Source: an uncultured Lachnospiraceae bacterium (GTDB lineage: Bacteria > Bacillota > Clostridia > Lachnospirales > Lachnospiraceae). From it: 36,796 nt of DNA. The notes under the pieces are model-generated. The model was not told where the DNA came from. It saw only the letters and a list, made by a program, of their open reading frames with translations, and searched no databases. The stretch covers positions 1 to 36,796 of the forward strand of contig CACYDN010000084.1 of NCBI GenBank assembly GCA_902773185.1, in the 5' to 3' direction. The translations under genes and the position numbers were made by a program. Positions 1-8,879 of the stretch are shown here, in pieces (the stretch's first letter is position 1; every line of letters begins with the position of its first letter).

Positions 1-74
1 CCTGAACAGGTTGATTTCGGTCTCAACCTCATATAGTATACAAAACTCTGAAAAAGAACCGTCCCGAATTCAAT

Positions 75-2459
75 CTATTCTTCCGTGATCAGAAGCGCGG
101 GCTGCAGTTTCTTCACCTTACGTCCAAAGAACCCCGCAGACCCTGCCGCCACCACGAAGATCAGTACCAATGTTACAAGCAGCCAGATCGGAGCGATATC
201 GAAATCAATCTTCCTGAATCCGAAGAGACTGAACATGATCTTAATTGCAAATCTGCCGAATGCACCGGAGATCAGAATACCGATCAAAGATCCGAGAAGT
301 ACGGCCGGCATGTTGGAAAACATGATCTGGGAACGAAGCTGTTTGTAAGTCATGCCGACAGCCCTGCTGACACCCATGTTTTTCCATTCTTTCACCAGGC
401 GGCTGCGGATGACCAGCGATTCCACAAAGATTACGATCACTATGGTTACCAGAAGAAGGAGAAGACATACAGCCTTCATAGCGGAGATGATGCCTGCAGC
501 GGATTCATTTGCTATTGCGTTAATATCGGCATAGATCCATTCCTGATCCGGCGCAACCTGTGTTCTGAGTGTGTCAATTTTAGCCTTCAGACTTTCAAAA
601 TCCTCACCATCAGCACCGTCCACATAATAGTTGATGGCGAACCGGCCGGGGATGATTTTTTCCGCGCCGTCATAATTCAGGGTGATCAGTCTGCCCATCC
701 GTTCCATCTTCTGCTCAATACCGGTAATGATATATTCTGCGGAGCGTGTACCGTAGCTGATGGTGATCATGTCTCCGATATCCACATTCAGATCATCAGC
801 CGCACCCGGGGTGATCATGGCTTCGTTATCATGCTCCGGCACCCGTCCTTCGAGCAAACTCATGTACTGCCGGTCGCTGACATTCTCATAAGCATAGGTA
901 TAAACGGTCTGCTCCTTATTGCCGGCCTTCACTGTCGGTTCAAAACCGATGAAGCTGACAACATGTTCTACCCCTTCCATCGAACGAAGGGCATCGCCGA
1001 TTTCCTCATCTGCGGATATCGCAATATCAGACATCTCAAAAGAGAAAATCTTGAGCATTTTTTCCTTGTCGGTTCCGAAGGTTTCCCTGAGGCCGAAGCC
1101 CATAGCTGTACAAACAGTCAGAATCATAACGATCAGAATCAGGGCAATACTTCTTCCGGGATTTCCGAAGGTTTCCTTCAGGGAAAGGACACCCGGAATC
1201 GGAAGACGTGTCTTCTCAAAGGTGAAACGATTCTTGCGGAAATTATGATTTGTCATACCGCCGCGAAGTGCATCCAGGACAGTAACCTTTTTGTATCTTC
1301 TGCTGATAAAGAATGTAACCAGAAGGATGATGCCCCAGGTCATGACTGCCGTGAGGAGCATGACAGAGATATTTACCGGACGATTCCAGGAAATACCGAT
1401 CATCGAAGATATAATGCTTCCCACAAAACCGCTGCCCAGTGCTCCAAGCAGAAGACCGATCAGCGTACCGATACCGGAAACGATGCCGATTTCCGTAATC
1501 GTTGCACTGCGGATCTCACGTATCGTATAGCCGGCAGCTTCGAGAATACCGGTATTTTTCATGTTCCGCTGAATAAAATTCTTCACACTGAAGGAAATGA
1601 TCACGATGGTGATCAGAAGAATGATAACTGCAAATACCAGAAGGATTGCCATTACGAGCATCGGCGTAATCTGCGCACCGCCGCGCATGGTATTCCAGTT
1701 GAGTGCCATGTAATCGATATATTCCGGATGCTCCTCCAGATACGGACTGATTTCATTCTTATAGGCGTCCGTAACCCGGCTCTCCATATCGTTTGTTGTA
1801 AAATCATCGGTAAAAGTATCCTTGTCCCACTTTGCCATATGCATGGCATAACGCTTGACACCGGTATTTTCCGCAGCAATCTTTTCCGCGGCTTCTCCGG
1901 AGATATACACATAATAGATGTTTATGTTCAAAACAACAGAGTAGTACGGATCCTCGGCATAACCGGCCACATGAAATTCATATGCATTATTTTCAAGAGA
2001 AAGCTCGATCGTATCGCCCACGGCAAAGCTTCCCTTTAACTGGTAGGGCAGGATAATATCGTTTTCGGAAAGATTTTCCGGAAAATCGATATGCTGCAGC
2101 CGCTGCTCTTTTGTATAATCGGCCAGGATGAATTCGTTGGAGCTTCCGTCTGTTTTCTTTGTGTTCCGATAATCCGCCATGGTGAAGTAAATCTCAGCAG
2201 TTTCATAATCTGCCGGATTTTCTTTCCGGAAGGATTTTTCCGCTGCGGCGTTTTCTTCATCACTTGTACCGGTCATGAGCATAACATCCGCACCGTTGAT
2301 CTTTTCCAACGCGCTGTCCATCACCTTATTCATATCCACGAGAACGGATACGCTCGAGAAGATCAGAAAAGCGGAAAGAAGCGCCAGGATGAACAGGGTG
2401 ATCATGTCGCCCTTCTGCTTTTTCATGTTGTTTTTTGCGATAACAAACAGTTTATACAT
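75..2459 (-). CDS. ABC transporter permease, FtsX/MacB-like (two FtsX-type TM bundles)
   Basis: 794 aa; N-terminal TM, large extracellular loops, two repeats of the 'K..GIL.A.G.T..EI' type motif each followed by TM helices; 1 bp downstream of the ATPase gene. Confidence 0.92.
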   Translation of the reverse strand: MYKLFVIAKNNMKKQKGDMITLFILALLSAFLIFSSVSVLVDMNKVMDSALEKINGADVMLMTGTSDEENAAAEKSFRKENPADYETAEIYFTMADYRNTKKTDGSSNEFILADYTKEQRLQHIDFPENLSENDIILPYQLKGSFAVGDTIELSLENNAYEFHVAGYAEDPYYSVVLNINIYYVYISGEAAEKIAAENTGVKRYAMHMAKWDKDTFTDDFTTNDMESRVTDAYKNEISPYLEEHPEYIDYMALNWNTMRGGAQITPMLVMAILLVFAVIILLITIVIISFSVKNFIQRNMKNTGILEAAGYTIREIRSATITEIGIVSGIGTLIGLLLGALGSGFVGSIISSMIGISWNRPVNISVMLLTAVMTWGIILLVTFFISRRYKKVTVLDALRGGMTNHNFRKNRFTFEKTRLPIPGVLSLKETFGNPGRSIALILIVMILTVCTAMGFGLRETFGTDKEKMLKIFSFEMSDIAISADEEIGDALRSMEGVEHVVSFIGFEPTVKAGNKEQTVYTYAYENVSDRQYMSLLEGRVPEHDNEAMITPGAADDLNVDIGDMITISYGTRSAEYIITGIEQKMERMGRLITLNYDGAEKIIPGRFAINYYVDGADGEDFESLKAKIDTLRTQVAPDQEWIYADINAIANESAAGIISAMKAVCLLLLLVTIVIVIFVESLVIRSRLVKEWKNMGVSRAVGMTYKQLRSQIMFSNMPAVLLGSLIGILISGAFGRFAIKIMFSLFGFRKIDFDIAPIWLLVTLVLIFVVAAGSAGFFGRKVKKLQPALLITEE

Positions 2460-2460
2460 C

Positions 2461-3273
2461 TTACCACCCCATTTCCTGAAGGAAGTTCTTCAGCTTCACG
2501 TGTCTTTCCTTTGCTTCGGCAAGCCTCGGGTTTTTCTCATCCTTGTAGTCACCCAGATAGGGTCCGAGGTCCAGTTCATCGGTGATCACACCATCCGCCA
2601 GGTAGAGGATGCGGTTTCCCCGCTCCGCCGCTTTGATTGCGTGTGTGACCATGACAATGCTCTGACCGTTACTGTTAAGGTCCGTAAGGATATCCAGCAC
2701 GTTGATCGTATTCTGAGAGTTCAGTGCACCGGTCGGTTCATCGGCAAAAAGAATTTCCGGATCGTTGATCACACCTCTCACAACCGCAATTCTCTGCTGC
2801 TGTCCGCCGGAAAGCTGCGTGGGATATTTTTTCCAATCCTGTTCGGTGATTTCCACCCGGCCCAGAAGGTTTTTACTCTTTTCTGCCAGCTTCTTTCTGT
2901 CCTTTGTCCGAAGCAGGCCGCATACCATGATGTTGTCCAGAGCGCTCATGCTGTCGTTCAGATAATTCTGCTGGAAGACGAAGCCGGCATGGTTCCTGCG
3001 GAAGACGGCAAGCTTATCATTGCTGAATTTGGAGATTTCTGCATCTCCCTCTTCCTTTGTCTTGTAGGTGATGGTTCCCAGGGAAGGGCGGTCCATACCG
3101 GAAAGTGCATAGAGAAGCGTACTTTTTCCGGAACCGGAGTTTCCCATGATCACGGTGAAATCTCCCTGATAGATGGAAAGGTTCAGGTTCTTCAGCACGT
3201 GCTGCTGAACGGATTCGTTAGAAAAGGTTTTGGAAAGATCCTTTGCGGTTAAGAGTACGTTTTTCTCGCTCAT
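2461..3273 (-). CDS. ABC transporter ATP-binding protein (LolD/MacB-like)
   Basis: Walker A GNSGSGKS, signature LSGGQQQR, Walker B ILFADEP, H-loop VTH; AAGGAG RBS upstream. Confidence 0.96.
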   Translation of the reverse strand: MSEKNVLLTAKDLSKTFSNESVQQHVLKNLNLSIYQGDFTVIMGNSGSGKSTLLYALSGMDRPSLGTITYKTKEEGDAEISKFSNDKLAVFRRNHAGFVFQQNYLNDSMSALDNIMVCGLLRTKDRKKLAEKSKNLLGRVEITEQDWKKYPTQLSGGQQQRIAVVRGVINDPEILFADEPTGALNSQNTINVLDILTDLNSNGQSIVMVTHAIKAAERGNRILYLADGVITDELDLGPYLGDYKDEKNPRLAEAKERHVKLKNFLQEMGW

Positions 3274-3334
3274 GTTTTTCTCCTTGTATTCTATCTTACG
3301 GCCTGTCGCCGGTTTTCTCTTGCTTTCTGATGTT

Positions 3335-3398
3335 ACTATACGGTATCTGCGACGAAAAATCTTTACGCCGCTCCTATGTAATTCTTAATTATTTCTTA
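3335..3398 (-). promoter_or_regulatory. Putative activator-dependent promoter of the ABC operon with an OmpR-type direct repeat
   Basis: Minus-strand TATAGT (-10) at 3335-3340, poor -35; TTCTTA direct repeat at 3382-3387 and 3393-3398 (11-bp period). Confidence 0.45.
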
Positions 3399-3419
3399 TC
3401 TGTTCACCTTTTCCAATCA

Positions 3420-3676
3420 AAAAACGGTTCATTTATCATCTTTCATTGTATTTGAGCAGTCCATCATAAGAACTCTTCGGGACATCGCTTTCGCTCGCCC
3501 TCGGGCAGCCCCTAGCGGCCGTTCCGCAAAGAACGCTCCACTCACTAAGCTCTCACATCGCACACAAAAGGCGCGTGCTCGTGAATCGCTAAGTGCCGAG
3601 GCCCGGGATGGTCCCTCAGAGCTCTTATGCTGTTCTGCTCATTTATGTTACGAAGGACGATAAATGAACCGTTTTT
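3420..3676. repeat. 257-bp foldback element with terminal inverted repeats (MITE/REP-like or structured RNA)
   Basis: Perfect 18-bp IR AAAAACGGTTCATTTATC (3420-3437) / GATAAATGAACCGTTTTT (3659-3676), imperfect pairing continuing ~65 bp inward, nested inner hairpins, no credible ORF. Confidence 0.75.
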
Positions 3677-3706
3677 ATAAGACACTCTGTGATTCTGTGT
3701 CTGATA

Positions 3707-6277
3707 TTAAAGGATCGATGCGCAACTTTCCGCCAGAGTTCGGTAAGCCTCCATCACGGTAGCGTGGTTTTCCTGCAGATACGCCGTATCTCCGGAAGCC
3801 GCCGCCTGTTCGAGGGCATATGCCTGATCGAAGAGATCACCTGCCCCGATGGTCTTGGAGGAGCTCTTCACCGAATGGATCAGAACCTTGTAATCCTTCA
3901 GGTTCCCGTCAGCGAGAAGTGCCGACAGCTTTTCAATCTTCTCCGGCGCCTCCTTGCTGTAGTCGCCGACGATTTCCAGATAGAATTCCTCGTCTCCGGC
4001 GCAGTAGGTCAGACCGTCCTCTACGTTAAGGCCCATCCGTTTCAGTTTCTCCAGGCCTGTTCCCTGATTCATATCTCCCATATCCGTTCCTTTCTTTTGT
4101 TCTTCATCCAAAACCCGTTCCGCCGGCAGATACTTCCGGAGTATCTTTTCGAGATCGGGCAGTTCGATCGGCTTGGAAAGGTAATCATCGAAGCCGGCGG
4201 AAAGATATTGTTCCTTCGCTCCTACAACCGCATTCGCCGTAAGTGCAATGATCCGCGTTTCACCGATAAGATTCTTCTCCTGCAGACGTTTCAAGGTTTC
4301 CAGACCATCCATTTCCGGCATCATATGATCCAGGAAAAGGATATCGTAGGTATTATCCATCATCCTGACGATGGTCTCCTCACCCGACCGACAGATATCC
4401 GGCTGTATACCGAAGAGGCGGAGCAGATTTCCCGCCACCTTCCGGTTCATTTCGTTATCGTCTGTCAAAAGGACTCTTGCATTCGGTGCAGAAAGACCGA
4501 TCTCGTACAGATCCTTCCTGTTATGTTCGTTCTCACCGACGCGATATTTTCCAATGGGTGTACTGTCCACAACCGTGATCGGAAGTTCAAAAGAAAACTC
4601 CGAACCTGCCCCGTACCGGCTTTCGATTTTGAGTGAGCTCCCCATCATGGCCAGAAGCTTTGTCACAATGGATATGCCAAGTCCGGTTCCTTCAATATGC
4701 CGGTTCTTCTTTTCATCCACGCGTTCAAAGGAGATGGACAGCTTGCCGATATCCTCCTCCCGGATGCCGATGCCGGTATCCTTCACGGCAACCCGGATAG
4801 ATCCCGTCCCGGAATACACTCCCACGTTTTTCATACTGAGAAGCACAAACCCCTCTTCCGTGTACTTCACGGCATTGGTGAGCAGGTTCATGATAACCTG
4901 ACTGATCCTTACGTCATCTCCCAGGAGCTTTGACGGAATGGTTTCATCAATATCGACCTTAAAGGTAAGGTTCTTCTCCCGTGCCCGCTCACTGATCGAA
5001 TTGACAAGTCCGTCCACGAGTTCTCTTGTTTCGAATTCTGCCGGTACCAGGTTCATTCTACCGTCTTCAATCTTGGAGAAGTCCAGAATCGTATTGATGA
5101 TGGACAGGAGCGTTGTTCCTGCGCTCTTGATATTTGTTGCATACCCGATGGTTCCCTCCTCCTTCGATTCGTGGAGGATCATCTCGTTCATACCCAGGAT
5201 AGCATTGATCGGCGTCCGGATCTCATGGCTCATATCCGCCAGGAAATTACTCTTTGCTTTGTTGGCACTGTCCGCAGCGGATTTCTCCAGCTTCAGCACC
5301 TTCGCTTCGTAATCCTTCTTCCGCTCGATTTCCTTCATCTCTTCCATCCTGGCGTAGGATTTCCGTTCTCTCCGATAGCCGATCAGATAGAAGGAGGAAA
5401 TCAGTACATAGACCGTTGCCATGATCAGAATGCTGGCGATCAGCAGCTTCTGGGGTGTTGCATAGAGCTCGGAATTTTTGATAATGATCACAAGATGCCA
5501 CTGATCCATGACCTCATCCACAAATACCGTGCACTTTTTTCCATCGATCTTCGCTTCGAAGTTTCCTTTTCCGACCGCAAGTACCTTTTGGAAGAGATCA
5601 TGCTCCTCAGCAATCTCATCGTAATTCTTTCCGTTTTCGCTTCCGTCCTTATGCGCAATGACCATGCCGTCATGGTTCACAATATAACCGTAGCCATGAC
5701 CGTTGATCTGGATATCCTCAACGATCTCCTGCACCCCGTTCATGGTAAGATCCAGTGCAAGTGCGCTTTGACCGTCGGAAAGTGCCCTGCCGATGGAAAT
5801 GATCACATTTCCGGTCTGGGCATCCACATAGGGAGAAACGATCACAACATCACCGTCTCCGCCTATGGTTGTTTTATACCAGTCCCTCTCGAGCGGATTA
5901 TAATCGTCAGGCGGCACCCAGCCCACGCCATCCACATAGGTCCCCCGGATCACACCGTAGATACCGGTGTAGCTTTCATCAAACTGTGCTTCCGTTCCCT
6001 CGGACTCTCTGGTGATGTATTCGACAACCTCTTCATCCGAGGCACCGCTTCCCACCATGTGGTCCACCGTATCCGCAGCAACCCAGAGAACGCTCTTCGC
6101 TGTATCGATGTAATTTTCCAAATCCGCCGTGATTGCCGTGGCCTTATCATCCCCCAGCTCCTGCACCGATGAGAATGCGGTTCTGAAAATAGCTCTTGCC
6201 GTAAACACCACAAGAAGTGCCATCAGGATGAAGGTAAAGGTCAGCGTAAAGGCCGGCGTTTTCCAGTTACTTTTCAT
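3707..6277 (-). CDS. Hybrid sensor histidine kinase: TM-Cache-TM-HisKA-HATPase-REC-Hpt
   Basis: Cache motifs (ERDWY, SPYVDAQTG, GYGYIVNHDG..IAH); H-box SHEIRTP, N-box NLLTNAVKYT, DTGIG, GTGLG; REC TDD..LDHMMP..LTAN..SKP; Hpt HSVKSSSKTIGA. Confidence 0.95.
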   Translation of the reverse strand: MKSNWKTPAFTLTFTFILMALLVVFTARAIFRTAFSSVQELGDDKATAITADLENYIDTAKSVLWVAADTVDHMVGSGASDEEVVEYITRESEGTEAQFDESYTGIYGVIRGTYVDGVGWVPPDDYNPLERDWYKTTIGGDGDVVIVSPYVDAQTGNVIISIGRALSDGQSALALDLTMNGVQEIVEDIQINGHGYGYIVNHDGMVIAHKDGSENGKNYDEIAEEHDLFQKVLAVGKGNFEAKIDGKKCTVFVDEVMDQWHLVIIIKNSELYATPQKLLIASILIMATVYVLISSFYLIGYRRERKSYARMEEMKEIERKKDYEAKVLKLEKSAADSANKAKSNFLADMSHEIRTPINAILGMNEMILHESKEEGTIGYATNIKSAGTTLLSIINTILDFSKIEDGRMNLVPAEFETRELVDGLVNSISERAREKNLTFKVDIDETIPSKLLGDDVRISQVIMNLLTNAVKYTEEGFVLLSMKNVGVYSGTGSIRVAVKDTGIGIREEDIGKLSISFERVDEKKNRHIEGTGLGISIVTKLLAMMGSSLKIESRYGAGSEFSFELPITVVDSTPIGKYRVGENEHNRKDLYEIGLSAPNARVLLTDDNEMNRKVAGNLLRLFGIQPDICRSGEETIVRMMDNTYDILFLDHMMPEMDGLETLKRLQEKNLIGETRIIALTANAVVGAKEQYLSAGFDDYLSKPIELPDLEKILRKYLPAERVLDEEQKKGTDMGDMNQGTGLEKLKRMGLNVEDGLTYCAGDEEFYLEIVGDYSKEAPEKIEKLSALLADGNLKDYKVLIHSVKSSSKTIGAGDLFDQAYALEQAAASGDTAYLQENHATVMEAYRTLAESCASIL

Positions 6278-6340
6278 AAAAACCTCAGTTTTCTATCCCC
6301 GGTAAACAAAAAATAGCAGATTTCTTATAACTTCTTCATA

Positions 6341-6376
6341 AGTATAATTGCAAAATCCGAATATATCAAGTATTCT
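6341..6376. promoter_or_regulatory. Overlapping divergent sigma70-type promoters
   Basis: Minus: TTGATA(6369-6364)-N17-TATACT(6346-6341). Plus: TTGCAA(6348-6353)-N17-TATTCT(6371-6376). Confidence 0.6.
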
Positions 6377-6410
6377 ATTATATGCAGATTCGTATAAAGG
6401 AGTATCCAAA

Positions 6411-8870
6411 ATGGCTTATCACATTGCTGTTGTCGATGATGATCAATTTAATACAATGGTGGCGGTCAATATTCTGACCAAAAACGACATGGAGGTGACT
6501 TCCCTCTCCTCCGGTCCGAAGCTTCTCAGCTACCTTCGGGAAGAGGTACCCGACCTGATCCTGCTGGACATCATGATGCCGGAAATGGACGGTTTTGAAA
6601 CCCTGGAAAACATCCGCCGTCTGGAAGAAGAAATGGACATGAAGGAAATCCCGGTCATCTTCCTGACCTCCGAGGATGATAACGAATCCGAAACCCGCGG
6701 TTTTGAAATGGGTGTCTGCGATTATATCCGCAAACCCTTTGAGCCCGCAGTTCTGATCAAACGGATCACCAACGTCCTGAAACGGCAGGAACTCATGTAC
6801 AAATTCTACGAGGAAGCTACCGTCGATAACCTGACGGGTCTTCTGAATAAGAGTGCGGTAACCAGCAAGCTGGAGATGCTCGTGCGGCGGAAGCCCGGTT
6901 ATCTCATGATGATCGACCTGGATGCCTTTAAGCTCGTAAACGATATCTACGGTCACAGTGCCGGCGATAAGATTCTGATCAGCTTTTCCATCCTGCTCTC
7001 CGGCTTCCTTGGTCCGGATGATATTGTCGGAAGAATCGGCGGCGATGAATTTGTAGCCTTCTCCGTTTTCCTGAAGGATGAGGCGGCGATCAGCGACTTC
7101 TCCACAAATCTGAACAGTGCACTTCTCTCCGATGCGAAACGCATTCTGGGTGAGGATATGGATATCCCGCTCGGTGTATCCATCGGCGCGATCTACCTTT
7201 CCGGCCAGGGTGAGGAATATCTCGAATCCCTGAACCTTGCGGACAAAGCACTGTATCATACCAAAAACAACGGTAAGCACGGCTATTCGATCCATCAGGA
7301 CAGTGCCGAGGATGATACCCCGGTCATGGATCTCAAAACGCTTTCCATGATCCTTTCCGAGCGGAATGAATCCTCATCCGCCCTGAAGCTGGACATGTCC
7401 TCCTTCGTCGGCGTATACCGTTACGTCATGCGTTACATTCTCCGGTACCATAAGAGTGCATGTAAAATTCTGGTTACCCTGTCACCTGCAGATGAAACGG
7501 ATCTTATGCCGGTGTCTTTGGACGATGAAGAATCCGAAAGCGTTTCCGTGCCCCATTCCACTTCCGCAGACGGCGGGACGGGCATAGATCTGTCAATTGA
7601 TGATCTGTATGACGCCTTCGGCGACCACGTCGGAAGCATCCTTCGGAAAAGCGACCTTCTGATGCAGGTCAGACGAAACAGCTACTTCATTATCCTGACG
7701 GATATCATCGCCGATGGTGTGGAACAGGTTGTCGGCAACATTCTCCGAAGCTGGCGGGAAAAATACGGCAACACACTCAAGGTTGATTTTGAAACGGAAT
7801 TCCTGGATACCGAAAAACCGAAGACCAGTGTCGATGACAGACTCTGGGTTGCCGTGGTTGACGATGATGCCATGAACCGCAAAATGGCCGAACGGATCCT
7901 GACGAAAAACGATCTGGATGTTACCACTCTCTCCTCCGGCGAGGAACTTCTCGAATTTGTGAAAACCAACCGTCCGGACCTCATCCTTCTGGATGTGAAT
8001 ATGCCCGGCATGGACGGCTTCGAAACGCTGACAAAGCTCCGCGCAGAGGAAACCGAAATCGCGGATATCCCCGTTGTCTTCCTCACCGCGGAAAATGATA
8101 TCAATACCGAAAAGAAGGCTCTTGCCCAGGGCGCAAAGGACTTCATCCGGAAGCCCTTCATCCCCGAAATTCTGACCATGCGCGTAAGGCAGATTGCCGA
8201 ACTCCTGCGTCTGCAGAAGCATCTTTCCGAAGAGGTTGCACGGAAGACCAAAGAGAACGAGCAGCTCTTCCTGAACGTCGTCAGCTCTCTGGCCGGCGCC
8301 ATCGATGCGAAGGATACCTATACCAACGGTCACTCCAGCCGTGTCGCTGAGTATTCCCGGGAGATTGCCCGCCGCTACGGCTGCACCATGAAGGAGCAGC
8401 GCGACATCTACATCATCGGCCTTCTGCATGACGTTGGCAAGATCGGGGTACCGGACTCTGTGATCAATAAGCCCGGCGCCCTTACCGATGAAGAGTTCGA
8501 ATATATCAAGCGCCATCCGGTCATCGGGTCCCAGATTCTGAAAAACATCAAGGAGATGCCGAAGCTTTCCATCGGCGCAAGGTGGCACCATGAACGGTAC
8601 GACGGAACCGGATATCCCGACGGCCTGGCCGGCGAAGAGATTCCCGAGGAAGCAAGGATTGTGGCCGTGGCAGATGCCTACGATGCCATGTCCAGCAACC
8701 GGAGCTACCGCCGGAGTATGCCGCAGGAAAAGATCCGGCGCGAGATTGAAAAGGGAATCGGCAAACAGTTTGACCCGCGTTTTGCGGAGATCATGCTCAA
8801 GATGATCGACGAGGATAAAGATTATACCATGCGGGAGATTTTTACCGGTTCCGACAATAAACAGGCATAA
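6411..8870 (+). CDS. REC-GGDEF-degenerate GGDEF-REC-HD-GYP bifunctional c-di-GMP enzyme
   Basis: Start moved to ATG 6411 (AAGGAG RBS). Two receivers (VVDDD..LLDIMMP; VVDDD..LLDVNMP), DNLTGLLN..RIGGDEF, degenerate domain LRKSDLLMQ, HDVGKIG..HHERYDGTGYP..DAYDAM. Confidence 0.93.
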   Translation: MAYHIAVVDDDQFNTMVAVNILTKNDMEVTSLSSGPKLLSYLREEVPDLILLDIMMPEMDGFETLENIRRLEEEMDMKEIPVIFLTSEDDNESETRGFEMGVCDYIRKPFEPAVLIKRITNVLKRQELMYKFYEEATVDNLTGLLNKSAVTSKLEMLVRRKPGYLMMIDLDAFKLVNDIYGHSAGDKILISFSILLSGFLGPDDIVGRIGGDEFVAFSVFLKDEAAISDFSTNLNSALLSDAKRILGEDMDIPLGVSIGAIYLSGQGEEYLESLNLADKALYHTKNNGKHGYSIHQDSAEDDTPVMDLKTLSMILSERNESSSALKLDMSSFVGVYRYVMRYILRYHKSACKILVTLSPADETDLMPVSLDDEESESVSVPHSTSADGGTGIDLSIDDLYDAFGDHVGSILRKSDLLMQVRRNSYFIILTDIIADGVEQVVGNILRSWREKYGNTLKVDFETEFLDTEKPKTSVDDRLWVAVVDDDAMNRKMAERILTKNDLDVTTLSSGEELLEFVKTNRPDLILLDVNMPGMDGFETLTKLRAEETEIADIPVVFLTAENDINTEKKALAQGAKDFIRKPFIPEILTMRVRQIAELLRLQKHLSEEVARKTKENEQLFLNVVSSLAGAIDAKDTYTNGHSSRVAEYSREIARRYGCTMKEQRDIYIIGLLHDVGKIGVPDSVINKPGALTDEEFEYIKRHPVIGSQILKNIKEMPKLSIGARWHHERYDGTGYPDGLAGEEIPEEARIVAVADAYDAMSSNRSYRRSMPQEKIRREIEKGIGKQFDPRFAEIMLKMIDEDKDYTMREIFTGSDNKQA

Positions 8871-8879
8871 AAGGGGGAA

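Noticed and set aside
1-45. Hairpin AGGTTGA..TCAACCT (8-29) just after a minus-strand TATACT
   Set aside because: Could begin a leader RNA but is cut off by the window edge and has no clear -35; cannot be classified
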